Source: Blasia pusilla
Lineage: Eukaryota
DNA length: 64,000 bases
Direction: 5' to 3'
Assembly: GCA_050084515.1 (NCBI GenBank)
Contig: CM114271.1
Span: 13,268,001-13,332,000 of the forward strand
Notes under the pieces: generated by a model
What the model was told of the DNA's origin: nothing
Seen by the model: the letters and a program-made list of their open reading frames with translations, nothing else
Databases searched by the model: none
Translations under genes and position numbers: made by a program
Shown: positions 1-12,300 of the stretch, one piece after another
Numbering within the stretch: position 1 is the first letter of the stretch
Layout of the letters: the number at the start of each line of letters is the position of its first letter

Positions 1-1262
1 CAAAAGTACCAAGGTTTCCTTTCTTCTGTTCTCTCGAGTGGTGTAGAGCAAACTCTCGGGCATATGCTTCCTTACACACAAGAACCTCACAGAGATCTCA
101 ATTGCTCGATGGCTTCTCCTACTCTCAGAATTGAATCCGTCTCGGTAGGTTACTCTCTATCAAACAGATTTCCTACATCTATCAATTGATTATCCTTTTA
201 GTGCAAGTGTCTCTCCCAATCTATTCTCACTCCGCAGACCCAATAAGATCTCTCAAACATATGCATCGCACATCAGAAGGAAGGATTGAGGTCTGTACTA
301 TTCCATCAAGAGCAAAAAGGCTGCAAAGTGGTTACAAGCACAAGAAGGTACTACTCTCTAGCTCGGATAATTCCTACATCATATGGACGTCACAATAGAA
401 TGATACTAAAGACTCCTTTGATAATCTTTAGATAGTCCCTTAACCGACGTCAGTAGCAAAGATCTAGAGCGTTTCTTTAGAGTAGAGAGCTCTTGGGATC
501 GTTTAACTACTTAAATCTACGTTTCGCTTAGCTTTTCCTATGATCCCTAGGAATTTTCTGGTTATAAGTGTTCTAACTTCTTATTTGCTCTGAAAAGTCA
601 CGCCTCCTCCTAACCTAACCACTCTGACATTGTACCGCTTGAAATCACAGACAATCTTCTCTTTATTGCGAAGTCAGGACCTCTTCCTCTTCAATAACTG
701 ACAAAGTCTATTGTGGGACGTACACCGAAAATGATCATGTGGAACCGTTGTCTCCTCCTATAGGCCAGATTGAACTCTTTGCCTACATCCGAACTACCAG
801 GGGCCTTTGATCGTTTCACATAAACATGCCGGTATTTCCCGCCCAGCTTGGGGATGTTGAGCTTTGGTATGCGCCTTTGATAGGTGAACTGATACTCCTC
901 ACAAGCTTGGTAGGACGGAGATATATTGGGCTCAAGGCCTCTGATTATATGTAAAGGTTTGGCAAACAACTGATTTAGGATCGGGAAGAATGTTTAAGCC
1001 CACCGAGAGTCCGACAGGGGACTCATTTGTCCTATTTGTGTGGAGGGGCTGCCTCCAAGCGGCAGGGTGCCCAAAGAGAGCCCGCTTGTTACCCCTAGAG
1101 ATCATCACTACCTGCCAAGGTGAACAATCTTGGCATTAAGCTGCAGAGGAGGGCCCGTGAATCCAACTTCAAAAGAAGGAGAGGTCTCCATTTCTCAAAC
1201 AAAGTCCACTGGACACCTTACTTGTGGCACAACTGCCACAAGTCACATGGATTACAGGACAC

Positions 1263-1462
<200 letters not shown>

Positions 1463-2199
1463 GTCCACAACCTCTAGAGCGGCTTTCCAAATTTGCAATG
1501 CTCCAATTATTTTCAAACTGCACCTCTGCTTTTTGAGCCCATGTGCTGTCTGTCTCTCTCCCGCTCTTGCCCAATGTCGATGCTCTTTGCCTCTCTTCGC
1601 GCTCTTGGCCAACATCGACGCTCTTGCCTCTCTTTGATGTCTTTTTTATCGTTCAGACTCTCTCTCCCGCTTTAGTGCATCTCCCGCGCCTTGGGATCCC
1701 TTTCATGTTCGTGAATCAAAACCCTAACAAAAGAATTAAGCAAACTACAATACAAGAAAAAGAAAGCTCTAGAACAAGATAAGGTCGTAGGTCTTCAGCC
1801 CAATTCCTCTATTGTGGCCGTGGAAACCAGGGATCGAATCTGAGGAGGGGCACTTGCGACTTCTAAAGCTTAAGGTGTTAACTCTCTTTTTAGAACTATC
1901 AACACCACGTCCATACGCGTAAAAGGGTGTCATTTATTTTGTTCTAATTTTAAAGTTATTACTTTTTATAGTTTTTGGTTAGGATTTTACGAATTTTTTC
2001 TTGGTAAGATATTTGGGATCTATCTTATATAGCATCACTATTAAATTTTCATAATAATTTATAATTATTGAGTTTTATTCTCCATGCCCGAAAATTTAAT
2101 TAAGGCTTATAATTTTCTCTTTTATATTTGCAAAATTCAAATCAATATTTCCATAATTATGTGTAAGAAATGATTCTTGTGATTGAGTGAATCATGGAA

Positions 2200-2442
2200 T
2201 ATGACTTGCAAATGACCAAGTCATTTGTGTTACTATTTGAGTCATTGATTTATGACTATTTTGGTTTTCTATGTCATATTAAATGATTGGACCAATTGTG
2301 TCATGCTTTCCGTCATTGATTTATGACTATTTTGGTTTTCTATGTCATATTAAATGACTAGACCAATTGAGTCATACTTTCAGTCATTTTATGCATCAGT
2401 CATTCATAGTAGAGTCATAAAAACCATAGTGTTCTTCTAGTG
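2200..2442. mobile_element. Possible CACTA-type element end with subterminal repeats
   Basis: Ends in TTCTTCTAGTG (reverse complement CACTAGAAGAA). It is preceded by dense ATGACT/AGTCAT motifs in both orientations and a 71-bp tandem duplication (2241-2311, 2312-2382). A similar motif cluster, including AGTCATAAAAACCA, lies at ~15490-15750. Confidence 0.4.
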
Positions 2443-3146
2443 ATTAGAATAGGAAGACCAATCAGAAATTGTAAAGACTATTTAAAGAGCAAATTAGTAG
2501 AAGAAGGGATCATTCTGTTGTGTCTTGAATTCCCCAATACTCTTCCGTAATTCATGGGTTTACCAGCAATCTTGGTGAGTGTGTAAGAAGTTTTGTTGAG
2601 GGATGATCCAAGCTGAGGAGTCATTTACTTTTTGAAGCTTGTAATTCTTTCTAGTTCTTTCCACTCTTTGATGCAAAAGAAGAGCCTTCTCTCATGTTTT
2701 CTGATGTGCTGAACTGAATGTGGATCCTATTGGGCTGCAGTAGGGATGAGAGTTGAGTCTTGTAGTTTCGGAATTCCACAAGATAATCAAGAAGAGCGTA
2801 GGAAAGATGTTAGACAATGAGTAATCTTCCGTGACACATTTAGTTCTGAAAGTAGGGTGGGCCGCCATTCTTGAGGTCTCTTTGAGGTCTTCAAGGAGCT
2901 TTGTTATTGCAGATTCACGAGAGTCTTTGTTCGCACTTGAGAAGAGTCTTTTCCAAGAGGGAAGAAAAATCCTTTTATTTTTTTGTACTTGTAAAGACAG
3001 TGTCGTTGTAGTAGGAAAGTTAGTGAAGAAGGAGTTATTCTTATTAATTCTTATAAAAACCTCTCTTTACTCAGGAAACAGTGGTCTCTTGGGAACAAAA
3101 TTAGTACTTTGCGATAGAAAGAGTACCTTTTTCCTATAGTTTTACA

Positions 3147-4828
3147 TTATAATAAATATTTCCAAAAGGCATTAGTAAACTTTGGATCTCGATCAGACAC
3201 AATGCTCCTAGGCAATCCATGAGCTCGCCAAGAACTATCTAAGAACATTAGGGAAGTTGTATAGGCCATCATAGAATCTCTCATCGACACAAACCTCCCT
3301 AACTTGCTAAACCGGTCAACCATCACAAGTATAGCATTGTATCTCTCAGATTTTGGAAGACTCGTAATGAAATCCATGCTAATGCTTTGCAAGGGTCCCT
3401 CCGGGATCGGCAAGGGACAAAGTAACCCTTACTTCTTTGCATAAGAAACTTTGTTTGTCTGACAGGTCACGCAGGTCTTCACATATTGAGCAACATCCTC
3501 CTTCATGTTGGTCCAGAAGAACCTCTTCGCCAAAACAACAAAAATGGATTTCTCTCCTTTGTGTCATGCCAAAGGTCCATCATGGCATTCCACAAACACT
3601 TTGGTCAGTAGCTTGCCTTGGCCCACATAGATCCTGCTCTGCTTAAACCTTAGCAAACCATGCCTCAAACTTAGATTGGCCACCTTCTCGCCCCGCTTCA
3701 ACTTCCTTAGATACTCACTCGCTTGCGCATCCTTTATGCATCCTTCACGAATCCTTCTCTCCATATGTGTTTCGTTAGGGAACATTGCTCTCAAGACTTG
3801 TGTTGTCGATGGCATATGCTCATCCCTGCGACTTAACGCATCTGGAATGAATGTGGAGCTAATCCACAAGCCGAGGAAAGACAATGTCTTTCCCCGACTT
3901 GTGGATTAGATTCACATTCAGAAACACTAAGGTATCATGCCATCGAAGTTGCTTCGGTGTTACGCGATCTTGGGTCTCAAAATACTTGAGCGAAATATTA
4001 TGGGTGAATACTTGAGTCTTGTGAAGTCTCGAATAGTGACGCCACTTTATCAAACAATGAACCACCACGAACAACTATTTCTCATGAGTGGGCCATCTCC
4101 TTTCGGTGTCTTTAAGCTTCTTGCTCTCGTATGCTACAGGTCTCCCTTTTTGCACCAACATTCTGCAATCGTGAAATCACTAGCATCAGTGTGCACCTCT
4201 AGCACTTGGTCGAACTCAGCTTCATAATTGGTTCCTACGAGAGGATCTCTTTGATTTGGTTGAATGCCTTAACCACTTCCTCAGTCCATGTTGTGTTGGA
4301 AAACTTGGCGGTCCAATTTGTGAGAGGTTTCACTATTCCCAAAAAGTTCTTCACGTATGTCTAGTAAAACTAGACCGCTCAGATGAACCTCCTCATTCCC
4401 TTCCCACTGGAAGGCACTCCCCATTCGGAAATTTCGCTTACCTTCTCCGTGTCTAGAATCACTCCAAGTGCACTAACCACATGCTCGAAGAACTTGATCT
4501 TTGTCAAACCGAACTCACTCTTGTTCGCATTCGCATACAACTTGTTCGCCCTGAGTTTCTCAAACACCGTCTTCAAATTTCAAGCGTGCTCCTCTAGTAT
4601 TTTTGAATAGATGACTATGTCATATATGTAGATGATCACATTCTCATCCGTCACCTTATGAAAGATGGAGTTCATCAACGTGGTGAACGTTGCAGGCGAG
4701 TTACAAAGACCAAAAGGCATTACCACAAACTCGAACAAACCGTATCTTTTCCTTCACACAATCTTCTCCACATCCGCTTCTACAATCCGAATCTCATAAT
4801 ATCTTGATTTGAGGTCAATCCTACTGAA
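3147..4828 (-). pseudogene. Degenerate Ty3/Gypsy pol fragment (RT-RNase H-integrase) from a family distinct from the DNMT element
   Basis: RT: FSRIDLKSRYYEIRI...YGLFEFVVMPFGLCNSPATF, with YIYD in place of YIDD (~4620). RNase H: HTDASDF...WRHY...PDALSR. Integrase: SISMDFITSLPKS...VDRFSK...HGLPRSIVSDRDPKFT. Many stops and frameshifts. Confidence 0.9.
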
Positions 4829-5459
4829 TACTCCCCATGCAACATCTCCACTAGTCCTGCTCCAACCAAGTCCTGACTCCTACTCAGAATCAGAGCCCTC
4901 TCCATATCACTGTACCTATAGGGTTGTCAAAAGATCGGCGTATCACTCGACAACTCAATGCGGATCCCCAGTCCCTTCAGCGTACCCAAATCCTCCATGC
5001 TATACGCAAAGCAGCTCCTATAACTCCTGAGGAACTGATGTATTCGTCCCTGCTCTCCTTCTGTCAACTTAAGGCCCATATCTGGCTCCCAAGTCTCCAT
5101 CATGACTACGGTAGGACTCTCCGGCGCGGATATCGATGGTTGCTATGGTGCAACCCCGTCTCGAACAACAACACTCGACCGCTCTCCTGCAGCCAACTGC
5201 ACACTCTAATCTCCTCCATATGCAGTGTCCGGAACCACGCTCGATGCTATGGCTATCATCTCCTAGCGTACTTGCAAAACATCCCAAGAAGTCCAAGGGT
5301 GTCTCTCTCGATCTCCCCTGGTGTGTCAATCTCCTCGGATCTCGCCCCCAGCCACTGCCTCCACCGTCTCGATAGGCATGGGGCTCACCAACTCAACCGT
5401 TGTGATCTGTCGCGATCTCATTTGACGCTGCTCAGCCACTCCCAAGCTGAAGATCCATG

Positions 5460-6395
5460 TCAAGAAATTCAAGTCCATTGCGTGACCCAAGACATGGCGT
5501 TGTGATGCCTCTGATACTGACGGTACTGCCATCACTCCTGTGGGAAATCCCATCGCCCGCTCTCTCTTGTCAACGTTGGGCTCCACCAACCTCTAAACCT
5601 GGTCATCCCAAACCAAGCCAAGACCGGCCTCCTTGTATGCATAGGAAGCGGGAAAACTCACAAACGTGGGAAAGGCTCATCGCGGCTTGCTGACCACCGT
5701 TGATCACAGTCAACGGTGGTCGATCATCGTGCCTCACTGCTTGTGAGCGACGACCTCGATCCAGAATGGAATCCACTAACAAATGGGAGGGGCGCTCCAC
5801 TCTCGCATACGCCCTCCATAACAGCTCATGGGGCATCAAGTTGGTCCACCATAGACGCAAGCGATGGGCTCTAGAACCTACACTCGCCGTATCCAAGAAC
5901 AGTGCTGGGCCGATCCAGGCACGCACCTGATGAGCACTCGTCACCACCCGTGACTTGGAGTCTCCTAAGATGGGCACATTCTCTAGAATGTAGGTTGGAG
6001 AACGAGACTGGAGCTCCTTCAACTGCCGTAAGACCCTCAACATCTCCCAAAAAAACCTAGACCGAGTATCAGCGAACCCGCTGCCTCGTCTAGCACTCGA
6101 TTGGCCCTGACATGGCCAACCAAATATGACCAAATCAATGGTCCCTACCCGCTCTAAGTCCTGCGCCCCCAACAACAAAATATCCCTCGGTAGGGAACTT
6201 TGGTATCCCTGTATCGCAGACGCAGACAATAAGTCGGGGATACGTAAGCATAATTGTGCTATATGTCATAGTGAGACGCGCCTCACAGCATCATCACTCT
6301 CCACATACACGTATTGTTGTACTTGCACTCCTACCTGCAAAACAATAGCTAACCCGGTGCTAATCCCTCCAAAGAGATCTAACAATCGAATACCA
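5460..6395 (-). pseudogene. C5 cytosine DNA methyltransferase domain (DNMT3-like) in copy A
   Basis: Motif I IRLLDLFGGISTG; II YVYVESD; IV IDLVIFGWPCQG; VI YILENVP; VIII HRLRLWWTN; IX ERAMGFP; X RHVLGHAMD. Unpermuted order; one stop and a frameshift. Confidence 0.9.
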
Positions 6396-6799
6396 TCCTC
6401 CAGGGTAAACCACACAATGGGTGTGGTATCCAAGGGTGTTATCGTAGCACTCCCTGCTACCTCGGATTCCTTAGATCCGTCATGCTCCGGTGCAAACGCC
6501 TTGCTCCACGCGGTTTGCACGTGCTCATCTGCGAATCGTTGAAGCTCCTCAGTCGAGCCCCACAACGGCACCTCTCCTCCACGAAATGATACGGCGACCA
6601 TAACACTCCTCTCCATAGAAATATCAGGAAAGAGAGTATCCTCTGCATGGATATGTCCCTCAATCAAATCACTAGGCCAAGTTATGGCACTGCTAAATGC
6701 TACTAAGGTCGCCATCTCTCCTGGCCGTTGCTCGATCACTGCACATGTGAATCGAACAGGTAATGAGCTAAGGCGCCCATCACTTGACTGCCATCCTAG

Positions 6800-7150
6800 T
6801 CTGTAGGACGCTGACTCTTCCCAATAGTCCAGGGAAAACCCCATTGGGTATAACACTGCTCCACCAACCAAGACGTTGTAGGACTCTACATCAATCACCA
6901 TCGCCTTGGCTCGCACCACGGACTCATCTGTAGGATGTCCCGGGCAAATCCTCACCACAACCTCTTGTCGGGTGATATACTGTGTGCTACTCGCTCCACC
7001 CAAGGATGTCTGTATCTGGAATGGACAACGCTCCACATCGGCTCTCGTCAAGCCCAATCCTCTTAATGACGCTTTACCGAACATCAGGGGTTGCGCTTCT
7101 GAATCCAACAAGACGCGCTGCGGACTAAAAGCTCTACCTCTGGGACTCAC
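6800..7150 (-). pseudogene. Retropepsin-like aspartic protease of copy A
   Basis: RVLLDSEAQPLM (degenerate LLDSGA) ... YNVLVGGAVL inside ORF 6266-7243, in frame with the DNMT N-terminus. Confidence 0.75.
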
Positions 7151-7264
7151 CAACTGGAAGACCTCTCCTAGGTTATCCAGCAACACAACACCAAGAGAAG
7201 CCATGGCACGCTCTTTCACGGATCTAGCGGGCATCTCCGCCATCCTAGTAGCCGCAGCCTACCA

Positions 7265-9330
7265 TCAATCTGACGTGGACGGCCCGAGCATCTGCTCCAA
7301 GAGCAGGTCCATCATCTCCTTTGCAATCACCTTTGAACGTGATGTAAGAACTCCAAGTCCACACTCACATAGCGTAGCGGCCAGCCAAAAAGCCTCAGTG
7401 GGCGTACCCCCCAATGTCATAACATCGGAAGCAGAAAATAAAGGAGCACGGTACACAATGGTGGCCGCCCCCAACAACGTGCTTGACACATGCCCCTCTT
7501 GAGCATCAACAATATGAGTAGTCGCACTTGGTTCTCCCATCTCCCTCCGTGTCTACACACCAACAACGTCACCAACTCTCGAGGCACTCTGATCAGGACC
7601 CATCAATGGGGTCCTCATCGCCTCGGATAACGTGAAAGATTGAGGAAGCCTAGTCTATTTCCTGGCTTCCCCTCGCTGTGGATCCAACTCTGCGGCTGCT
7701 CCACGCGTCACTACTACGACTGCCTCCATGTGGGAAACCCTGCACATCCAACCAGGATCCTCCATATCTCTGGCTGCTCCATATGATGTCGATGCCACAG
7801 ATCCGGCGTTGGGTAATCTCAATGCCATTGCGGGTCATGCTCATGTAGCTGATGTATCTGAGTAGCCATCCTAGTCTCACACCCGGCATCTCCCTAGACG
7901 CGTCTAGGTGGTAGGACTCTACCTCCTCCACGGGAAGCTCCACCACCCTGTCGGGCAACTCCAGCTCCTCATTCCCCAACGAAACCACCTGGTGCACGAT
8001 CTCTAGCCCACCCGGACCGGCTACTCGCTCTGGTGCCCTCTCTGGCCCTCGGTCTGGACGTAACTCAGGATGTAAATTGAAACATCTGGTGTGTGTATGA
8101 CCATACCTCTGACAATAGTCACACTAATAACCTCCTGGTGCAGCACCATCTCCTCCTCCATGCTGAGGCACACGTCCATCACCCTGACGAGTGCAATCGC
8201 GCTGATTATGGGCTACACCACATGACCAACAAGTAATAGTAGGCGGCTTCTGCTGAGCCGCATATGAAGGCGCACGTCTCTATGTCACGGCCTCCCGGTA
8301 TCCTCAGTGAGCTTGTGGTGCCACAGTTGACCTATCTCGGAGTCCACGTTGTTGCACAGGTAGTGTAGACAATCGTGACTGCTCTCGCCCAGAAGCCATG
8401 GTGGCTACCCTCTCCTCCGCCATGTTACGCTCAATGTTCTCGGCGGTCCTGAAAACATCTCTCAACGTAGGGGAGGTGTTCATAAGAAGCACCCCTCCCG
8501 CACCCGTGTCCGCATGGTCCGGTCCAGCATAGCGTACCATGACTGGATAGCCTGAGCCTCTATCACCCCCTGAGTGACGTTGATCAACCAGCGAAAGCGA
8601 GTGTAAGCCTCACGCAAACTCTCACCCGGGCCCATCTGGAAGTTGTGGATGCTCCGCAACTTCTCCGTCCATACCCCTTGGTAGCTCGCCCTCAACTCAG
8701 CAAAGAACTCAACCACAGGGTTGAACCTCGAACAAACCCGACTAGATGGTGCAATTGCTCCCGTGTGAATGACCCCTCCTAAAACGTCACTAGTGGAAGA
8801 GGAAGTAGCCTCTCCTAACTCCTCCTCCTCATCTGGGAATGGCTCCGTCCATGACACATAATGTGGGTCATAGTAGAGCCTCCACGCCTCGATCTCACGT
8901 GCATATCTTTGAGAGAACTCATGGTAATCGTCTATGGGTGCCCCCTCTAAATGCTGGAACATACCGTTCCATGCTATAAACGGGTTGAACTCTCTAGAGT
9001 TCTGGCTCGCTGGGAGTCGCACCAACTCCTAAACTCTGCTATGAAAACGTGCAACTCAATCGTGCCTACTGCACCTGAAAACTTACGCGGTCCTCTACCC
9101 CGATCGTCCATCTCGTACGCCCAACTGGTAGGACCACTCACAATGTGTGGCAATGTGCTCACAAACTCCTCTACACGCTCCCCCTTGTCTGAAGATGACA
9201 CAAAAGGAGATCGAGGTGGTCTCTCACGTGGAAACCCTCGAAACCTCGCACCACTCCGGGTAAACCCTCCAGAGCTACTCTCAGGTCTACTACCTTGCCT
9301 CTCAAAATCTTGAAAGGACGCCGTGATGGC
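7265..9330 (-). pseudogene. Gag-like region of copy A with two zinc knuckles
   Basis: Frameshifted ORFs 8974-9201, 8480-9025 (FQMGPGESLREAYTRF, a Gag major-homology-like segment) and 8304-8540. CWSCGVAHNQRDC (~8195-8232) and CDYCQRYGHTHTRC (~8083-8124) read on the minus strand. Confidence 0.8.
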
Positions 9331-12300
9331 CCTCGTGCCCCTATCACACGATCACTCTCAACCTTGCGAGTAATCCTTCAATCACTCATCCCAAACATGC
9401 GGCACTCGATCTACACTCTCCCTCCCCGAGACGTGTAATGTGCGGCAACAAGCAGCGTGGTGCAGCAAATCGACCAGGCTATCATCTCATCAACAACCTA
9501 CCCTAAACTCCGGATATCCCACACAGGTCTATGTCCCCTAAACCACATACATAAATGATGCTCTCAGCATCCACACACCCAATATCCCTAGATAAACTAC
9601 CCAAATCCTAGAATCCCTCACACGTGCAGGGTAAAGGACCAGAATGGGTAACCTGAACACATGTCGATGTCGCTTTTCAGCAATTGCAAATCTCGACCCC
9701 AACTCGGTTGTGGAGACAACTCCTCCAATCAGCAAGTCATACTCCTCCCGTATTGACGCTGCTTAAAACTCCTTGATGGACACTTCGGTTCCAGGGGAAC
9801 GGTGCGGCGTTGCAGGCGGCACATAACGACTACGAACGGCACGGCCCTCGATGGTGAGATGCGGCACTCGGCGGCATACCCTCCTCAATCAACAATCAAC
9901 CCACACTCTACTCCACAATGACGGTGCTGCTCCGCGATCAAGATGGTGCGGTGCGGCCACAAGCAGCACGGCGCCGCAAATGGCGGCGCATTGCGGCTAC
10001 GGGCGTCACGGTACGGTACTCGATCGTCGTCGACCGGCTACCAATCACAACATAGCAGCATGAAATCAAAACTCAAACACCATAACCAAAGGTCATCTAC
10101 CATCACTGGTTGATGACAAAACTGCGATGACGGTGGCGGCCAAACCAAAGTAAGTGATGGTGACGCAAGTCAGAGAATCATCAGTGGTCGTGGAAGACCC
10201 TCCACTTCGAAATGGCAGCAATGGCAACCAAAGGATGAACAACAGCCGAATGCAACTCTCAGCAATGTTGGGCAATGGCAACGGCCAACGGTGGCCGGTG
10301 GACCATTGATGGTGACGGTTGACCAGAGACCAGAGACGGTGACTAGGACGGCGACGACTGCCGCCGTCGTGGCGGCTGGTTTAGGGTTTGAACAATGTAA
10401 CCCTAAAAATCACCTAGCAATGGTAGTTTTGCAAGATTGATCATAAATTTTTACTCGCAACTCCAAATTATGCACGTGCATAGCTTCACGATCTTCAACA
10501 ATTTCAAAAAATATTTGGAATTGGACATTTCAGTAAAAATTGACAGGGACTGTCGTAAAGCCCAATGTCTCTTTCTCCTACACAAATTTTGGCAGCGCTT
10601 CCGCGCTAATTTCTCCCAACTAAAATGTAAAACCTGTAAAAATATAAATCAGCAAGCTACATGGTGCTCCCGAGAGCACCGGCATGGGGCAACCCGCCCC
10701 CATGATCAATCCCTATCAGAAATTGGGCAGCGCTTCCGCGCGCCACTCTTCCACGCAAAAAATCAGAAAATGCAAAGAATAATCAAAGCAGCCCTTGCTC
10801 TAGTGAGCACTCCCATGAGCCGCTAAACGGGGAACAAGGTCCCCAACCTGCAAAAATAGCGAGTGACCAGCGAGCTCCCCCATGAAGCTCTCTCATTCTC
10901 TCATTCTCTCTTTGTAAAGTAAGATCCAATCTCCCTCTACACCATCTCACACCATAGCTCTCAAAGATGTGCACTCTCTCTCATGTCAAACCAAACCCAC
11001 TCTCCTAATGAGAGGCTCGGGTTACACTCAGAAGGCAAGGAACCATAGCTCCGCCGCCTCATGCCAAGAGGTTCAATAAAGAGAGAATGAGCTCTCAAGC
11101 TCTCTCTCCTTGAGGTTTACCCCTCCCCTCACCCAAGCTCTCTCCATGGTAACCTATTCTCCCAAGTCACCTCCTTGGCTCTTGACCTGATGTAGGAGGT
11201 CAACGAATACTTACCAAAAATAGAAAATATATATTCAAAATGGTACTTACCTAAAATAGGAAGTTCCTCAATATGGCTCCAAATGAGCCGAAACGAAGGG
11301 GAAACCTGCTCTCTCAGGTTTCCAAGGCCTGAGCAGGTCATCCTCAACCTACTGAGGATGCCTGTCCTCCACTAATCACGAAGGCGCTCTACTAGATCTC
11401 ACCGATCTATCCTAAAAGACGTGACACATGATAGTTGCTCAACGGGAGAAATAAATGCTTAACTAACCCCCCCGCACCTCCCAAACTAACCTCTCAACTA
11501 GTCCCCCTTAACTAATTTTGCTTAGTCAGGCTCCGGTCCTTCTCATGAACTCATGCGGTGTGTCGTGTCAGATTTTAGTCTTATTATCTAAGTGTACGTG
11601 CGATGCACGGATGTATAATTTTGAATTATCTATTCTAAGTGGAAAATTGAATTTAAACGATCCTATCGGCTTGGACAACTAACGATTCTATGGGCAAAAA
11701 AGAAAATATCATCACAAAATTTGGAGTTATGTCATTTTGATATCAATTACAAAATTATCTGTATTTGATGTATTTATGATGTCAATTGTGTACTAAAACT
11801 TTTTATAAAAAAAAATTATGCATAAAATTGACATGGAAAATTTATTGACATAAAAGATCAATATCAAAAAATTTATTTAATTAGTATCAAATAAATATGA
11901 AAATTAGCCATATCAGATTTCATGGTAAAATTATATTGAAGTTAGCACCCTCTAACTTTCGTGATGGTGTCTAAAGGAGAGGTGATCTCAAAATGAAGAG
12001 GCACTCTCTAATAATAATATAGATATTGAAACACAATGTAGTTGTGTGTAGGGTGTCATGTTTATTCTGCCATCACTCGCAAAGTTACATTGTTATATCA
12101 TGACATTATTGCTTACATTTGGGACTAATTGTTACATCATTAACTAATGATGGATACCCTTGAGGTTGCAAGAGAGGAAGGAAACTTTGAGGCAAAAAAT
12201 AGTGCAAATTTTGGCCATGAGCCATCCAGACATTTGAACCAACATCATTTTTCGACAGAGGATGTCAAAAACTTTGCTAGAAAAAATGACAGGGAGAATT

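Larger units (their letters stand above)
4829..11426 (-). mobile_element. DNMT-carrying Ty3/Gypsy copy A (left end, leader, gag, protease, DNMT, start of RT; 3' truncated)
   Basis: Starts TGTCACGTCTTTTAGGATAGATC on the minus strand at 11426, matching copy C at 24378. Colinear with C through leader and gag; ends at ...AGLVEMLHGEY near 4829. Confidence 0.9.

Noticed and set aside
1-970. Possible decayed TE coding sequence on the minus strand
   Set aside because: No recognisable motif in any frame I read.
5460-6395. DNMT as a host DRM/DNMT3 gene or bacterial restriction-modification contamination
   Set aside because: It is intronless, in frame with the protease and at the same polyprotein position in three diverged copies.
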